From Squalus acanthias (taxonomy: Eukaryota), in NCBI GenBank assembly GCA_030390025.1, contig CM059438.1, forward strand, positions 57,414,001 to 57,478,000: a stretch of 64,000 bases of DNA. The letters run 5' to 3'. Made by a program: the position numbers and the translations under genes. The first letter of the stretch is position 1. Each line of letters begins with the position of its first letter. Below are positions 37,235-50,300 of the stretch, in pieces. The notes beneath the pieces were generated by a model that was not told the origin of the DNA, did no database searches, and saw only the letters and a program-made list of their open reading frames with translations.

Positions 37235-40200
37235 ATGGAAGTGTGAAATTATCCACTTTGGTAGCAAGAATGGAAAAGCAGAATATTTTTAAAAAGGTGA
37301 GAGTTCAGTAAATGTTGGGATTCAGAGGGATTTGTGTGTCCTTGTACACCAATCACTGAAAGTTAACATGCAGGTACAGCAAGCAATTGGGAAGGAAATG
37401 GTATGCTAGCCTTTTTTGCAAGGGGGTTACAGTATAAGAGTAAGGAAGTCTTGCTGCAATTATATAGTGCTTTGTTAAACCACACCTGGAGTATTTTGAG
37501 GGGGTGGTCTCCTTACCTAAGGAAGGATGTACTTGGTTTGGGTGGGTGCAACAAAGGTTCAGTAGATTAGTGTCAGCCGAGGCTCAGTTCGGAGTATTCT
37601 TGCCTCTGAGTCAGAAGGTTGTGGGTTCAAGTCCCACTCCAGGGAGCACAAAATCTAGGCTGACATTCCAGTGCAGTACTGAAGGACGCTGCACTTTTGC
37701 AGGTGATGTCTTTTGGATGAGGCGTTAAACCAAGGGCCCCGTCTGCTCTGTCAGGTGGATGTAAAAGATCCCATGGCACTATTTTGAAGAGCAGGGGAGT
37801 TTCCGCGGTGTCCTGGCTAATACTTATCCCTCAATCAACATAACAAAAACAGATTATCTGGTCATTATCACGTTGCTGTTTGTGGGAGCTTGCTGTGCGT
37901 AAATTGGCTGCCGGCTTTCCTACATTACAACAGTAACTACACTTCAAAAGTACTTCATTGGCTGTAAAGTGATTTGGGATGTCCTGAGGCCATAAAAGGC
38001 GCTATATAAATGCAAAAGAGTGGGAGATACAGATAGCACTAGAGTAAGAGATAGTACAGTGTTAGGTGGGGTCAGACTAAGAGAAAATACAAGAAGATCT
38101 AAGATAGGTTTACAGTGCATCTATGTAAATGCACGAAACGTGGTAAATAAGGTTGGTGAGCTGTAGGCGCCAATAGCCACATGGGAATATGATGTTGTGG
38201 CAATAACGGAGACCTGGCTCAAAAAGGGCAGGACTGGGTACTAAATATCCTGGATATAAGGTGTTCAGGAAAGATAGGGAAGGAAAGAAAGGAGGTGGGG
38301 TGGCTATATTGATTAAGGAGAATATTACAGTGCTGGAGAGAGAGGGATCCTGGAGGGGTCAAAGACAGAATCGAGTTGGTTAGAGTTAAGAAACAATAGA
38401 GGTGCCATGACAGTACTTGGTGTATTCTATAGGCCACCTACTAGTGGGAAGGATATAGAGGGGCAAATTTGCAGGGAAATTACAGAGAGGTGCAAGAACT
38501 ATAGAGTACTGATGATGGGGGACTTCAATTATCCTAATATAGATTGGGATAGTAATAGTGTAAAGGGCAGAGAGGGGGAAGAATTTCTGAAGTGTGATCA
38601 GTCCGTTTCTGACACAATGAGGAAGGAGGCATTGCTGGATCTGGTTCTGGGGAATCAGGTGGGTCAGGTGGATCAAGTTTCAGTAGGGGAACATTTAGGG
38701 AACAGTGATCATAGTATCATAAGGTTTAGGTTAGCTATGGAAAAGGACAAAGAGTAATCTAGAGTCAAAATACTTAATTGGAGGAGGGCCAATTTCAGTG
38801 GGTTGAGAATGGAGCTGGCCCGGGTAAATTGGAATCAAAGATTGGTCGGCAAAACTGTAATCGAACAATGGGCTGCCTTTAAAGAGGAGATGGTTCGGGT
38901 ACAGTCGTATACATACCCATGAGGGGGAAAGGCAGGGCAACCAAAGCCAGAGCTCCCTGGATGACAAAAGAGATAGAAAGTAAGTTAAAGTAGAAAAAAG
39001 GGGCGTATAACAGATGTCAGGTTGAGAATACAAGTGAGAACCACGCTGAATACAGAAAGTTCAGAGAGGGAGTGATAATGGAAATAAGAGGGGCAAAGAG
39101 GAAGTATGAGAATAGACTGGCAGCAAACTTAAAAAGAAATCCAAAAGTCTTCTATAGCCATATAAATAGTAAACGGGTAGTAAGAGGAGTGGTGGGGCCA
39201 ATTAGGGATCAAAAAGACTTACACATGGCTGAGGTACTAACTGAGTACTTTGCATCTGTCTTCGCAGAAAAGTGCAAAGTGATACATTTTGGTAAGAAGA
39301 ACAAGGAGAGGCAAGATAAACATAAGGATGCAATTCTAAAGGGGGTGCAGGAACAGAGAGACCGAGGGGTATATGTGCACAAATCGTTGAAGGTGGCAGG
39401 ACAGGTTGAGAAAGCGGTTAAAAAAGCATAAGGGATCTTGAGCTTCATAAATAGAGGTATCGAGTACAAAAGCAAGGAAGTTATGATGAACCTTTACAAA
39501 ACACTGGTTCGGCCACAACTGGAGTATTGTGTCCAATTCTGGGCACCGGACTTTAGGATTGGTTCCAGGGATGAGGGACTTCAGTTACATGGATAGACTG
39601 GAGAAATTGGGGTTGGTCTCCTAGAGGAAAGAAGGTTGAGAGGAGATTTGATAGAGATGTTCAAAATCATGAGGGGTCTAGACAGAGTAGATAGAGAGAA
39701 ACTGTTCCCATTGACGGAAGGGTCAAGAACCAGAGGACACAGATTTAAGGTGATTGGCAGAAGGTCCAAAGGCGACATGAGGAAAAACTTTTTAACGCAG
39801 CGAGTGGTTATGTTCTGGAATGCACTGCCTGAAAGGGTGGTGGAGGCAGATTCAATCGTGGCTTTCAAAAAAGAATTAGATAAGTACCTGGAAGAAAAAA
39901 AAAATGCAGGGCTACGGAGAAAGGGTGGGGGAGTGGGACTAGCTGAAGTGCTCTTGCAGAGAGCCAGCACGGGCTCGATGGGCCGAATGGCCTCCTTCTC
40001 TTTCCTACATTACAACAGTGACTACACTTCAAAAGTACTTAATTGGCTGTAAAGCACTTTGGGACATCCAATGGTCGTGAAAGGTGCTATATAAATGCAA
40101 GTCTTTCCTTCTTTTTGTGGTGTAACGATTCTATGATTCTATGTCTTTCTTTTAGATTAATTCCTGGGATGAGAGGGCTGTCCTATGAGGAGAGATTGAG

Positions 40201-40633
40201 TAGAATGGGCCTATATTCTCTGCAGTTTAGAAGAATGAGAGATGATCTCATTGAAATGTATAACATTTTTAGAGGGCTTGACAGGGTAGATGCTGAGAGG
40301 CTGTTTCCCCCTGGCTGGAGAGTCTAGAACCAGGGGTCATAGTCTCAGGATAAGGGGTCGGCCATTTCGGACTGAGATGAGGAGAAATTTCTTCACTCAG
40401 AGGGTTGTGAATCTTTGGAATTCTCTACCCCAGAGAGCTGTGGATGCTCAGTCACTGAGTATATTCAAGACTGAGATCGGTAGATTTTGAGTACTAAGGG
40501 AATCATGGGATATGGGGACAGGGCGGGAAAGTGGAGTTGAGGTTGAAGTTCAGCCATGATCTTATTGAATGGCGGAGCAGGCTCTAGGGGCCATATGGCC
40601 GACTCCTGTTCCTCTTTCTTATGTTCTTATGTT
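37235..40633 (+). mobile_element. CR1 3' fragment containing a SINE (37570-40152, TAGATTA TSD) that itself contains an internally deleted CR1 (about 38016-40143)
   Basis: TAGATTA at 37563-37569 and 40153-40159; SINE tail AAATGCAA|GTCTTTCTTT split by the inner CR1; inner CR1 jumps from YFASVF to KCKVIHFG near 39264. Confidence 0.85.
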
Positions 40634-40868
40634 CAATCAAATCATCTGATAATCCCCTCTGTTCTGAGGAATGCAGTCCCTAATTTTTGAAGTCTTCCTT
40701 TGTATTTGTATTTTCTCATACTTGAAGCAAACCAGTTACTGCAGCGAGTTGATACTAAAATTCACAACACATTATGAAGACTGACTGCTCTCTCATCTAG
40801 AGGAGGCATTGGGAAAAGGGAGTGGAAAATGAGAAAGTAAGAAATAAAGAAAATGGGAAATATCTCAC

Positions 40869-40895
40869 CTCTGTTGATGAACTTGATTGTCAGCT
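40869..40895 (-). CDS. Candidate 27-nt micro-exon (phase 2-2, ADNQVHQQ)
   Basis: ctaacatgctcatttttatttctag|AGCTGACAATCAAGTTCATCAACAGAG|gtgaga. Confidence 0.7.
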
Positions 40896-40950
40896 CTAGA
40901 AATAAAAATGAGCATGTTAGGTAGGAACAAACTATCTATTGAAATCAGTT

Positions 40951-41260
40951 ATAAAAACAGAAAATGCTGGAAACACTCAGCAGGTCAGGCAGCATCTGTG
41001 GAGAGGCAAACAGAGTTAACGTTTCAGGTCGAGGACCATTCATCATAACTGGTAGATGCTAGAGATGAACAGCTTTTAAGCAAATGTAGAGCCAGGGAAA
41101 GGGGCATGGGCATGGAAAGAATAAAAGGGAAATTTCTGCAGTAGGGTGCAGGGCAGGAATGATTAAATGGCAAAAAGGATGAAGGTGCAAGGCAAAGGGA
41201 CTGATAATGTGACAAATATGGAAACAAAAGATGGGTGCAGAGGAGGTGTAACTGGGTCCA
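40951..41260 (-). mobile_element. Penelope-like 3'/terminal repeat fragment with hammerhead motif (41014-41050)
   Basis: Minus strand AGTT-ATGATGA-ATGGTC-CTC-GACCT-GAAA-CGTT-AACT followed by CAGATGCTGCCTGACCTGCTGAG. Confidence 0.65.
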
Positions 41261-42450
41261 GAATGTTAAAGAGAAAATGGGAAAGATGGTTGAGAGCCAA
41301 AGGTTAAAGATAATTCAAGCTGCAAATTGTTCACGGAATAAGATCAACAGGGGAGGCTGTTAAACGTTAAAAAAAATTCAGACACCCTTGCCCTTTACCG
41401 TCCCCCTAGAACCCCCGCCCTTTCTTCCCTGTGCTTACGCTGCCCAGTGTCCTTCCCCCCCAAGGGAGGAAAGTGCCTGGCACACGATGGGCAGCAACAG
41501 CCCTTCACAGGCTGCTGGCAGCTGACAATGTGACCGTTGGCACTCCTGGCATGTTGTGACAGATGCATCTGGAGCACAAGCAACTAATGCGAGTGGGCTG
41601 ACCACTCATTATCCAATATCATTATTGTGTGCAGGCATACATAGTGCTTCATTATCAACCCCAGAAACACCAGCCTGCCAATATGGAATATGCTACTGAG
41701 TATAAGTATCTCTGATATACCACGATCCCATGCCACAGCATAATATACACTCTCTGTAGGTCCCCACCTTAACATTCCCATAGACCGTATCCACCTAACA
41801 ATGTACCACTCTAATATCACTCGCTCCTCAATTCAACACTGCAATATACACCAGCCCCTCACCACAAACAATATCCGGTGCACCACAGTACCCTAAATAT
41901 CTCAGCTGAGTTCTATCAGGTTCCATGTCGGTATTATTTGGTTTCATGTTGAGAGGATATCTGATTTGCTCAAACTGGTTACAGTAAAATGGTGACAGTA
42001 TCACCTTCTCCGGGAACTAGGGATGTGCAATAAATGCCAGCCTTTCCAGTGATGTTCACATCCCGAGAAGGAATATTTTAAAAAGTCTATGGAGGTTAAA
42101 TTCCATAGTGCGTGGAAACGGACACTACGCGACCCAATGTAACCCCCTATTCATTTGGGTCAGAGGCTTTCCTGAAAGAACAATGGCATATTGGTCCCAG
42201 TAGTACTGGGCACACTTCACGGCTAGTTAAAGGACTGACAAATAAGACCTCACTCTAATATCTCATTCAACAGGCAGTATCTTCAAAACAGTGCTCCATG
42301 TCACTGCACTCACACCACTCTATACTACCAGTGACTGGATTACTCCCTGGGGCAGCCAGTGCTCTTTGCTGTTTCACATTTACAAATGATAGGTCTTAAC
42401 ACATAAATATACCTAATAATTAGTTACTATTGTGTCAATATCCTGTAAAG

Positions 42451-45070
42451 TAGAAAGAAAGACTTGCATTGATATAGCGCCTTTCACGACCTCAGGACAT
42501 CTCAAAGCACTTTTGAAGGACTTTTGAAGTGCAAACTCCCACAAACAGCAATGAAAGAAATCACCAGATCTTGGTCCAAATCTTGCTAGAGCGAGGCATC
42601 TCGTGGTGTGCACCGTTAGTTAGACTTTTACCTGCACCCTTCAGCCGTTATTTTCCCAACAACATTCAGCCCCACCTGTTTTGGTTAAGGGGTAAATGTT
42701 GCCCAGGACACCGGGGAGAACTGTCCAACTCTTCTTTGAATAGTGCCATGGGATCTGTTACGTCCACCTGAGAGAGCGGATGGGACTTCGGTTTAACATC
42801 TCATCCAAAAGACGGCACTTCTGACAGTGCAGCACTCCCTCAGTACTGCACAGAAGTGCCAACCTAGATTATGGGGGTGAAATTTGATAAGGCCCGAAAA
42901 CAGGCGGGAGCACTGCAGGGCGAGATTTGCTTGCGGCCGTTTAGAAAGTGTAGGCAGCATGTTAATTTGGTGCTGCCTGCTAATTTGAATGAATTTAGCG
43001 CACAGCCCAGCAACGAACGCGCTGCTTCAGGCTGTGCACTCAGACGGAGGCCCAATGTCGCGCGCTGCATTTTCTTAAAGCAAGGCTATCAGTTTTGAAA
43101 GCTGTCTCGAGCCCTTAAACGTGAACTGCCTTTTGAAAAAAAAATGTAAAAATCATTAAAAAATAGTTAGTCTCTAGCCCTTAAAGCCCAACTGCCTTCT
43201 GAAAAAACCCATTAAAAATTATTCCAAACTAGGCAGTCTTCAGCTCTTAAAGCTGAACTGCCTTCTGCATGTAAAAAATGGTAAAAGTGCTTCAGCACTA
43301 ACACAAATGGCTCAACAGACCAAGGAAAGGGCACCTAGCGTCTCGCACGCAGCACTTCAGCTTTGTGCAGGGGGTCAACACTGGAAGAGAGGTCCTCTAC
43401 CCACAGAGGGCCAGGAGGCCCTCCAGAAAGAGCGATGTAGGACCAGATCCCCGAAGCCGTCACTGCCAGCAGTTTAACCCCCAGGACCTGGCTCCTGTGC
43501 CCAAAGAAGTTTCATGACCTCAGACGAGTGGTCATGATCAGTGAATGCATCTTCAAAGCAGTTTCCTACTAACTGCACCACTAGCCTCACACACTGCTCA
43601 ATGCATGAGTGCCCCCATCACTCACCTACCACCAATCTGTACCAAACACGAGGCATACCTCACATTCCTAGCTTTACCTTACCCCCTTGGGGGAGACGGT
43701 GCTAGCCGTTCTTGACAGGGGTATGGCTGAGCCCTTGGCCAGCGGCGGGGCTGAAAGAATACAAGATGCCGGTATCCTCATACGTTATCCTAGTCTTCCC
43801 TCTCATCCCACAATATCTTCTGATGTACAAGCTGCACATGGTGTAAGCATGCACCTCTTGCTTTCCTGCCCTCCACTCACCACAAACCTACCCTTGTGCC
43901 TTCCTCTTTTCAGACACCCAAGAAATCCAGCTTGCCCAGCCAGTGGTTGACCAAGAAGAGGGAGAGGAGAGTAAAGAAAAGAAATACCATCACTCGATTT
44001 GACACTCCCAGCCACCAACTCCTTGAGGTTGTCCTGCAAGGCCATCTGCAGTGTCCCCCACTGAAAGTCAGCAGCTTTTCATCAGCCATGCTGCAGCCAC
44101 TGGGGTGGCACTGCGTGACATCACTAGGATAGGCAAAAGCACACGCAAGACACTCACTAAGGGAATGCACAAGGGTGATTAGTTGATCTTTTTGATGGAA
44201 TATTGAATGCATATTTGAATAAAGTTGGATTGGAAAGTTTGCTTTGTGGTGGCTTTTATTTCAGCATTGTGGCCAAGAGGACGCTGTGATGGTCAGTAAC
44301 AGAGGGAGGGTAAGGTGTGGGACCAATGTTGAAAGGGGAATTGGGGTTGTGGTCACTGGTACTGCAGGCAGATGATTCAATACCAGATATCCTGGCCAGA
44401 AAGGGACTGTCTGTGTTGCAATCTTCCTTCTGCTCCCTCCTTTTCTGCTTCCTCCTTTTCTGCTTCCTCCTCTTCGCTCTGCAAGCAACTTGTCCCCTTT
44501 GCTGCCTCTGCTTCACCTCCATGTGATGCTGCAGCCCAAGGAGGACTGCAACTCGAGCTCCCAGGACTGTGAGCAAGTGGTTTTCTCAGGGCTCTTCCTT
44601 TAGCATCCAAGCATCCTGCAGCAGTCTCTGCACACTTTAACAACTTTTTAAATGTATTGCACCAAGTCACTACTCCACTAAAATGTAAAAAGACCACTCC
44701 AAAAGCTGAAATCGAAACTTACCTGAAAGATGTGTGTGTCCCTTTAAGAAGCGCTGTAGCTCTGTATAACTGCTACACGCACGTTCTTCCGTGCATGGTT
44801 AGGAGAGGGCGGTATGGAGAGCGGTGACGTCCAAAATCGTAGTCGTGCGTCAATTCAAGCATTGCACGCTGATTGACGTCATAATCTGCATATTTACATA
44901 GGAGAGGCGAGTGCAGCGCTGCCGACCTCTTCAAAATGGCGGCCACCGGGTCCCGTGCCGGAAGCGGGCAGAAGCGAGGCGGCAGCCATTTTTTCAACAA
45001 AGCCGGCCTTAACGGCTGGCGTTACAACCTTGAATTCCGTGGCTTATGTGTTCACAACCTTCTAACTCAA
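42451..45070 (-). mobile_element. DeuSINE-type SINE split by a Harbinger insertion
   Basis: SINE body 42451-42872, resuming at 45045. Confidence 0.75.
42873..45044. mobile_element. Decayed Harbinger with Myb remnant (+, about 43307-44150) and transposase remnant (-)
   Basis: GGGGGTGAAATTTG left TIR, degenerate right TIR, TAT TSD; RTWLLCPKKFHDLRRV motif. Confidence 0.75.
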
Positions 45071-45296
45071 AGGCTAAAAATCAATGAAAATGAAAATCAG
45101 GTGCTTTCTATAATTGGTGGCTGATCTGCACATTAATTTTACACCAAGGTGGCAAGTTGACAATTTACTCCACTCTTTCTATATGAAGAATTGATAGACA
45201 GCATGAGACTGACCTTCTGAAAGTACAGGGTGATGTGGAACTGGGAGGAGGGAGTAAGAAAGTGGGAAGAAACAAACAAGAAAGTAATGATCTTAC

Positions 45297-45323
45297 CTTG
45301 ACCTTTCTGCCGCTCGGTAACTC
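45297..45323 (-). CDS. Candidate 27-nt micro-exon (phase 2-2, SYRAAERS)
   Basis: ctgacgatactggttttgatttctag|GAGTTACCGAGCGGCAGAAAGGTCAAG|gtaaga. Confidence 0.7.
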
Positions 45324-47324
45324 CTAGAAATCAAAACCAGTATCGTCAGACAGGAGTAAAGCAGTTACCGCAACTGTTTAATATTGCAAGGCAATGACTG
45401 ATTGCAACGTTCATCGGTCTAGATCAACTAATGTTGAAAGAACTTGCAATTTTATAGCACCTTTCGTAAGCTCAAGGCACCCCAAAAGCGCTTTACAGCC
45501 AATAAAGTACTTTTGAAATGTAGTCACTGTTGTAATGTTGGGAAATGCAGCAGCTAATTTGTGCACAGCAAGGTCTCCCAAACATCACTGAGATAAATAT
45601 ATACTACATCGAACTCTTTCTGGCATACAGTGGCCCTTCAATGCAACACTCTGATATACATCAGACCATTATTACAAACACTGCCTGATTCACCAATACC
45701 GTAATTAGATCGAGGACCATCAGGTGCGAATTTGCTGAGGAATTAAAGATAACTAAAGAATAATGACAACAAACAGAGGTCGGAATTTTCTGTACCTGGG
45801 CGGGTTGGGTGTGGGCGGTCGGCGTAGCGGGTCGCGACCCCGTTGCTGCTTCCATCCCGCTGCAGAAAACGACTTTGCATCAATTGGGCCTATTAAGCCT
45901 GCACAGCGCGTTACCTGGCCCAATTAAATGGTGCGGGTCTGATGGCGTCACCCATGACACATTTTCAGCTGGTAGATTTAAAGGGGCCAAGGCCACATTG
46001 CATTTGAAGGTTCATCTAGGAATGTGCAGTCACTGCACTGGAGGCTTTGATTGCTCCAAACACTTGGAAACATGACTGCACAGAGGCAAAGGGCTGCACC
46101 CAGGTTCTCTGATAACATGTCAGAGTCAGAGCATGCAGGGAGGTCCTCTTCCCTTCCGATGGGTGGAAAATACCTCCCCAGGAGACAAAAAGAGCCTGGC
46201 TCCAAATTCAGAGGAGGTCAACAGCAGGGATGTGGTCAGAAGGACCTGGGTGCAGTGCCGGAAATGTTTCAATGATCTCATTAGGTCAGGAAAGGTGAGT
46301 ACAAAGCCACACTCAACTTCATCCTGCTGTGCCTCTCATCACTTTCCCATCACTCTGCCTTCCCTACCCTACTCCTGCACATTATTACTCACACCAACAT
46401 ACCTTGCACGCCCACCCATCCCGCTCTCTCTATCTACATTATCACATCCCTATCTTACTATCCATCCCTCACATTCACCCTCATCCTAATGCAATCATAC
46501 CAACTAACAACACACAAGGAGACTATTTGACATTGCCACCCCACTCCATCATAGTCTCCCTCTAAAGATCTAATCCATCCATTCGTTTCACTCATTCCAT
46601 CTCACTCAACCTTCTCTTCTTTCCCTCCTTGCAGGAAAAGAGGGCCCACAATAAGAGGGAGAGGGAGAGAAGTAGAGGTGGAACGCCATCATTTGCCACC
46701 CTCACAACAGCAGAGGAGGCTGCGTTAGAAGTATTCGCCGAGCAGCAAAAGGTGGGAAACGAAGAGAGGAGGACCTCAGCAACCTGGTGACAGAATTCTG
46801 TATCATACAGCTACATGGCGTAAATCAGTCACTCATACGGAGACTGATGTCATCAGCCACTGAATGGTCATCATGTGCATAATGGTATCTGTACCCATTA
46901 TTCATATGACATATCTAACTCATATCTTTACTCTCCCACAAGTCCATCAAGAGACCCCTCCTCCCCCCCCACTGTACAGGAGGAAGAGGAAGACGACTCT
47001 TCAGAGGCGCCTCCAGCCTCTGAGCTCGCACCGTCACCAGGAAGAAGTGCACCGAGCACCAGCGCAGATACGCACACCTCGGTGGGTCCCACGCGAGATA
47101 GAGTAGTGTTGTCACCTGGTATCTCACAACTTACAAGTGAGCAAGAGCAGATGATGGAGACAGGGACAGCAGTGGAGACTCCTCGCCGGAGGGCACAGGA
47201 CTCTCCCAGCTCTGCTCAGCTGCATGCAGACGTTGAGCCTCAGGGGCCATCCAGAAAGAGGGCGATCCTGGAGGTGCAGGAAGAAGTGCAGGAGGCTATG
47301 ACAGGTTTTGTGACCGCAATGTCC

Positions 47325-50300
47325 GTGTGGTGAAGGTACTCCCACAGTGCTGGTAGGAAGGGTGTTCCAGGATTTGACCCAGCGACGATGAAGGATCGGC
47401 GATATACTTCCAAGTCAGGATGGTGTGTGACTTGGAGGGGAACTTGGAGGTGGTGGTGTTCCCATGTGCCTGCTGCCCTTGTCCTTCTCGGTGGAAGAGG
47501 TCATGGGTTTTGGAAGTGCTGCTGAAGAAGCCTTGGTGAGTTGCTGCAGTACATCTTGTAGATGGTACATACTGCAGCCACGGTACGTCGGTGGTGGAGG
47601 GAGTGAATGTTTAAGGTAGTGGATGGGGTGCCAATCAAGCGGGCTGCTTTGTCCAGGATGGTGTCGAGCTTCTTGAGTGTTGTTGGAGCTGCACTCATCC
47701 AGGCAAGTGAAGAGTATTCCATCACACTCCTGACTTGTGCCTTGTAGATGGTGGAAAGGCTTTGGGGAGTCAGGAGGTGAGACATTCGCTGCAGAATACC
47801 TAGCCTCTGACTTGCTCTTGTTGCCACAGTATTTATGTGGCTGGTCCAGTTAAGTTTCTGGTCAATGGTGACCCCCAGGATGTTGATGGTGGGGGATTTG
47901 GCGATGGTAATGCCGTTGAATGTCAAGGGGCAGTGGTTGGAGATAGTCATTGCTTGGCACTTCTGTGGCGTGAATGTTACCTGCCACTTATCAGCCCAAG
48001 CCTGAACATCGTCCAGGTCTTGTTCCATGCGGGCATGGACCGCTTTATTATCTGAGGAGTTGTGAATGGTGCTGAACACTGTGCAGTCATCAGTGAACAT
48101 CCCCATTTCTGACCTTATGTTAGAGGGAAGGTGATTGATGAAGCAGCTGAAGATGGTTGGGCCTAGGACACTGCCCTGAGGAACTCCTGCAGCGATGTCC
48201 TGGGGCTGTGATGATTGACTTCCAACCACCACAACCATCATCCTTTGTGCTAGGTATGACTCCAGCCAGTGGAGAGTTTTCTCCCCCGATTCCCATTGAC
48301 TTCAGTTTTACTAGGGCTCCTTGCTGCCATACTCGGTCAAATGGGCAGTCACTCTCACCTCACCTCTGAAATTTAGCTCCTTTGACCATGTTTGGACCAA
48401 GGCTGTAATGAGGTCAGGAGCCGAGTGGTCTTGGCGGACCCCAAACTGGGCATCAGTGAGCAGGTTATTGGTGAGTAAGTGCCGCTTGATAGCACTGTCG
48501 ATGACACCTTCCATCACTTTGCTGATGATTGAAAGTAGACTGCTGGGGCGGTAATTGGCCAGATTGGATTTGTCCTGCTTTTTGTGGACAGGACATACCT
48601 GGGCAGTTTTCCACATTGTCGGATAGATGCCAGTGTTGTAGCTGTACTGGAACAGCTTGGCTAGAGGCGCGGCTAGTTCTGGAGCACAAGTCTTCAGCAC
48701 AATAGCTGGGATGTTGTCAGGGCCCATAGCCTTTGCTGTATCCAATGCGCTCAGCCGTTTCTTGATATCACGTGGAGTGAATCGAATTGGCTGAAAACTG
48801 GCTTCTGTGATTTTAAGGACCTCAGGAGTAGGCTGATACGGATCATCCAGTCGGCAATTCTGGCTGAAGATGTTTGCAAACGCTTCAGCCTTGTCGTTTG
48901 CACTCACGTGCTGGGCTCCACCATAATTGAGTATTTGTAAGGAAATGGTGTTAGGGAAATTGACGGGATTGAAGGCCGATAAATCCTCAAGGCCTGATAA
49001 TCTACATCCTAGGGTACTTAAGGAAGTGGCCCTAGAAATAGTAGATGCATTGCTGATCATCTTCCAACATTCGATGGAATCTGGAACAATACCCATGGAT
49101 TGGAGGGTACCTAATGTTACCCCACTATTCAAAAAAGGTGGTAGAGAGAAAACGGGGAATTACAGACCTGACATCGGTAGTGGAGAAAATGCTAGAGTCC
49201 ATTATAAAAGACGTAATAGCAGAGCACTTGGAAAACAGTGACAGGATCGGACAAAGTCAACATGGATTTACAAAACGGAAATCGTGCTTGACTAATCTAC
49301 TGGAATTTTTTGAGGATGTAACTGGTAAAATAGATAAGGGAGAACCAGTGGATGTGGTGTATTTGGACTTTCAAAAGGCTTTCGATAAGGTCCCGCATAA
49401 GAGATTAGCGTGTAAAGTTAAGGCACATGGGATTGGGGGCAAGGTATTGACTTGGATAGAGAACTGGTTGGCAGACAGAAAGCAAAGAGTTGGAATAAAC
49501 GGATCTTTTTCTGAGTGGCAGGCAGTGACTAGTGGGGTACCGCAAGTATCGGTGCTAGGACCCCAGCTATTCACAATATATATTAATGATCTAGACATGG
49601 GAACTAGATGTAATATCTCCAAGTTTGCAGACGACAGAAAGCTGGGTGGGCGTGTGTGCTGTGAGGAGGATGCCGTGAAACTCCAGTATGATTTGGACAG
49701 GTTGGGTGATTGGGCAGAAGCAATATAACATGGATAAATGCGAGGTTATCCACTTTGGTGGCAAAAACAGGAAGGCAGATTATTATCTGAATGGCAATAG
49801 ATTGGGAGAAGGGGAAGTGCAATGAGACCTGGGTGTCCTTGTGCACCAGTCGCTGAAGGTAAGCATGCAGGTGCAGCAGGTGGTTAAGAAGGCAAATGGT
49901 ATGTTGGCCTTCGTAGCGAGAGGGTTTGAGTACAGGAACAAGGATGTCTTGCTGCAGTTGTACAGAGCCTTGTTGAGACCACATCTTGAGTACTGTGTGC
50001 AGTTTTGGTCACCTTATCTGAGGAAGGAGGTTCTTGCCATGGAAGGAGTTCAGCGAAGATTCACCAGGCTGATACCTGGGATGGCAGGAATGACGTATGA
50101 GGAGAGATTGGGTCGATTGGGCTTATACTCGCTGGAGTTTAGAAGAATGAGAGGGGATCTCATTGAAACTTATAAAATTCTGACAGGACTGGACAGACTA
50201 GATGCAGGAAGGATGTTCCCGATGGTCGGGGAGTGCAGAACCAGGGGTCACAGTCTTAAGGATAAGGGGTAAGCCATTTAGGACAGAAATGAGGAGGAAT

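Noticed and set aside
37570..40152. Apparent SINE-CR1 template-switch chimera within one TSD
   Set aside because: The SINE tail AAATGCAA|GTCTTTCTTT is split by the CR1, so this is ordinary nested insertion
42413..42442. Possible sixth minus-strand micro-exon (30 nt)
   Set aside because: Stops in all three frames, weak donor, and the pyrimidine tract is supplied by a SINE tail
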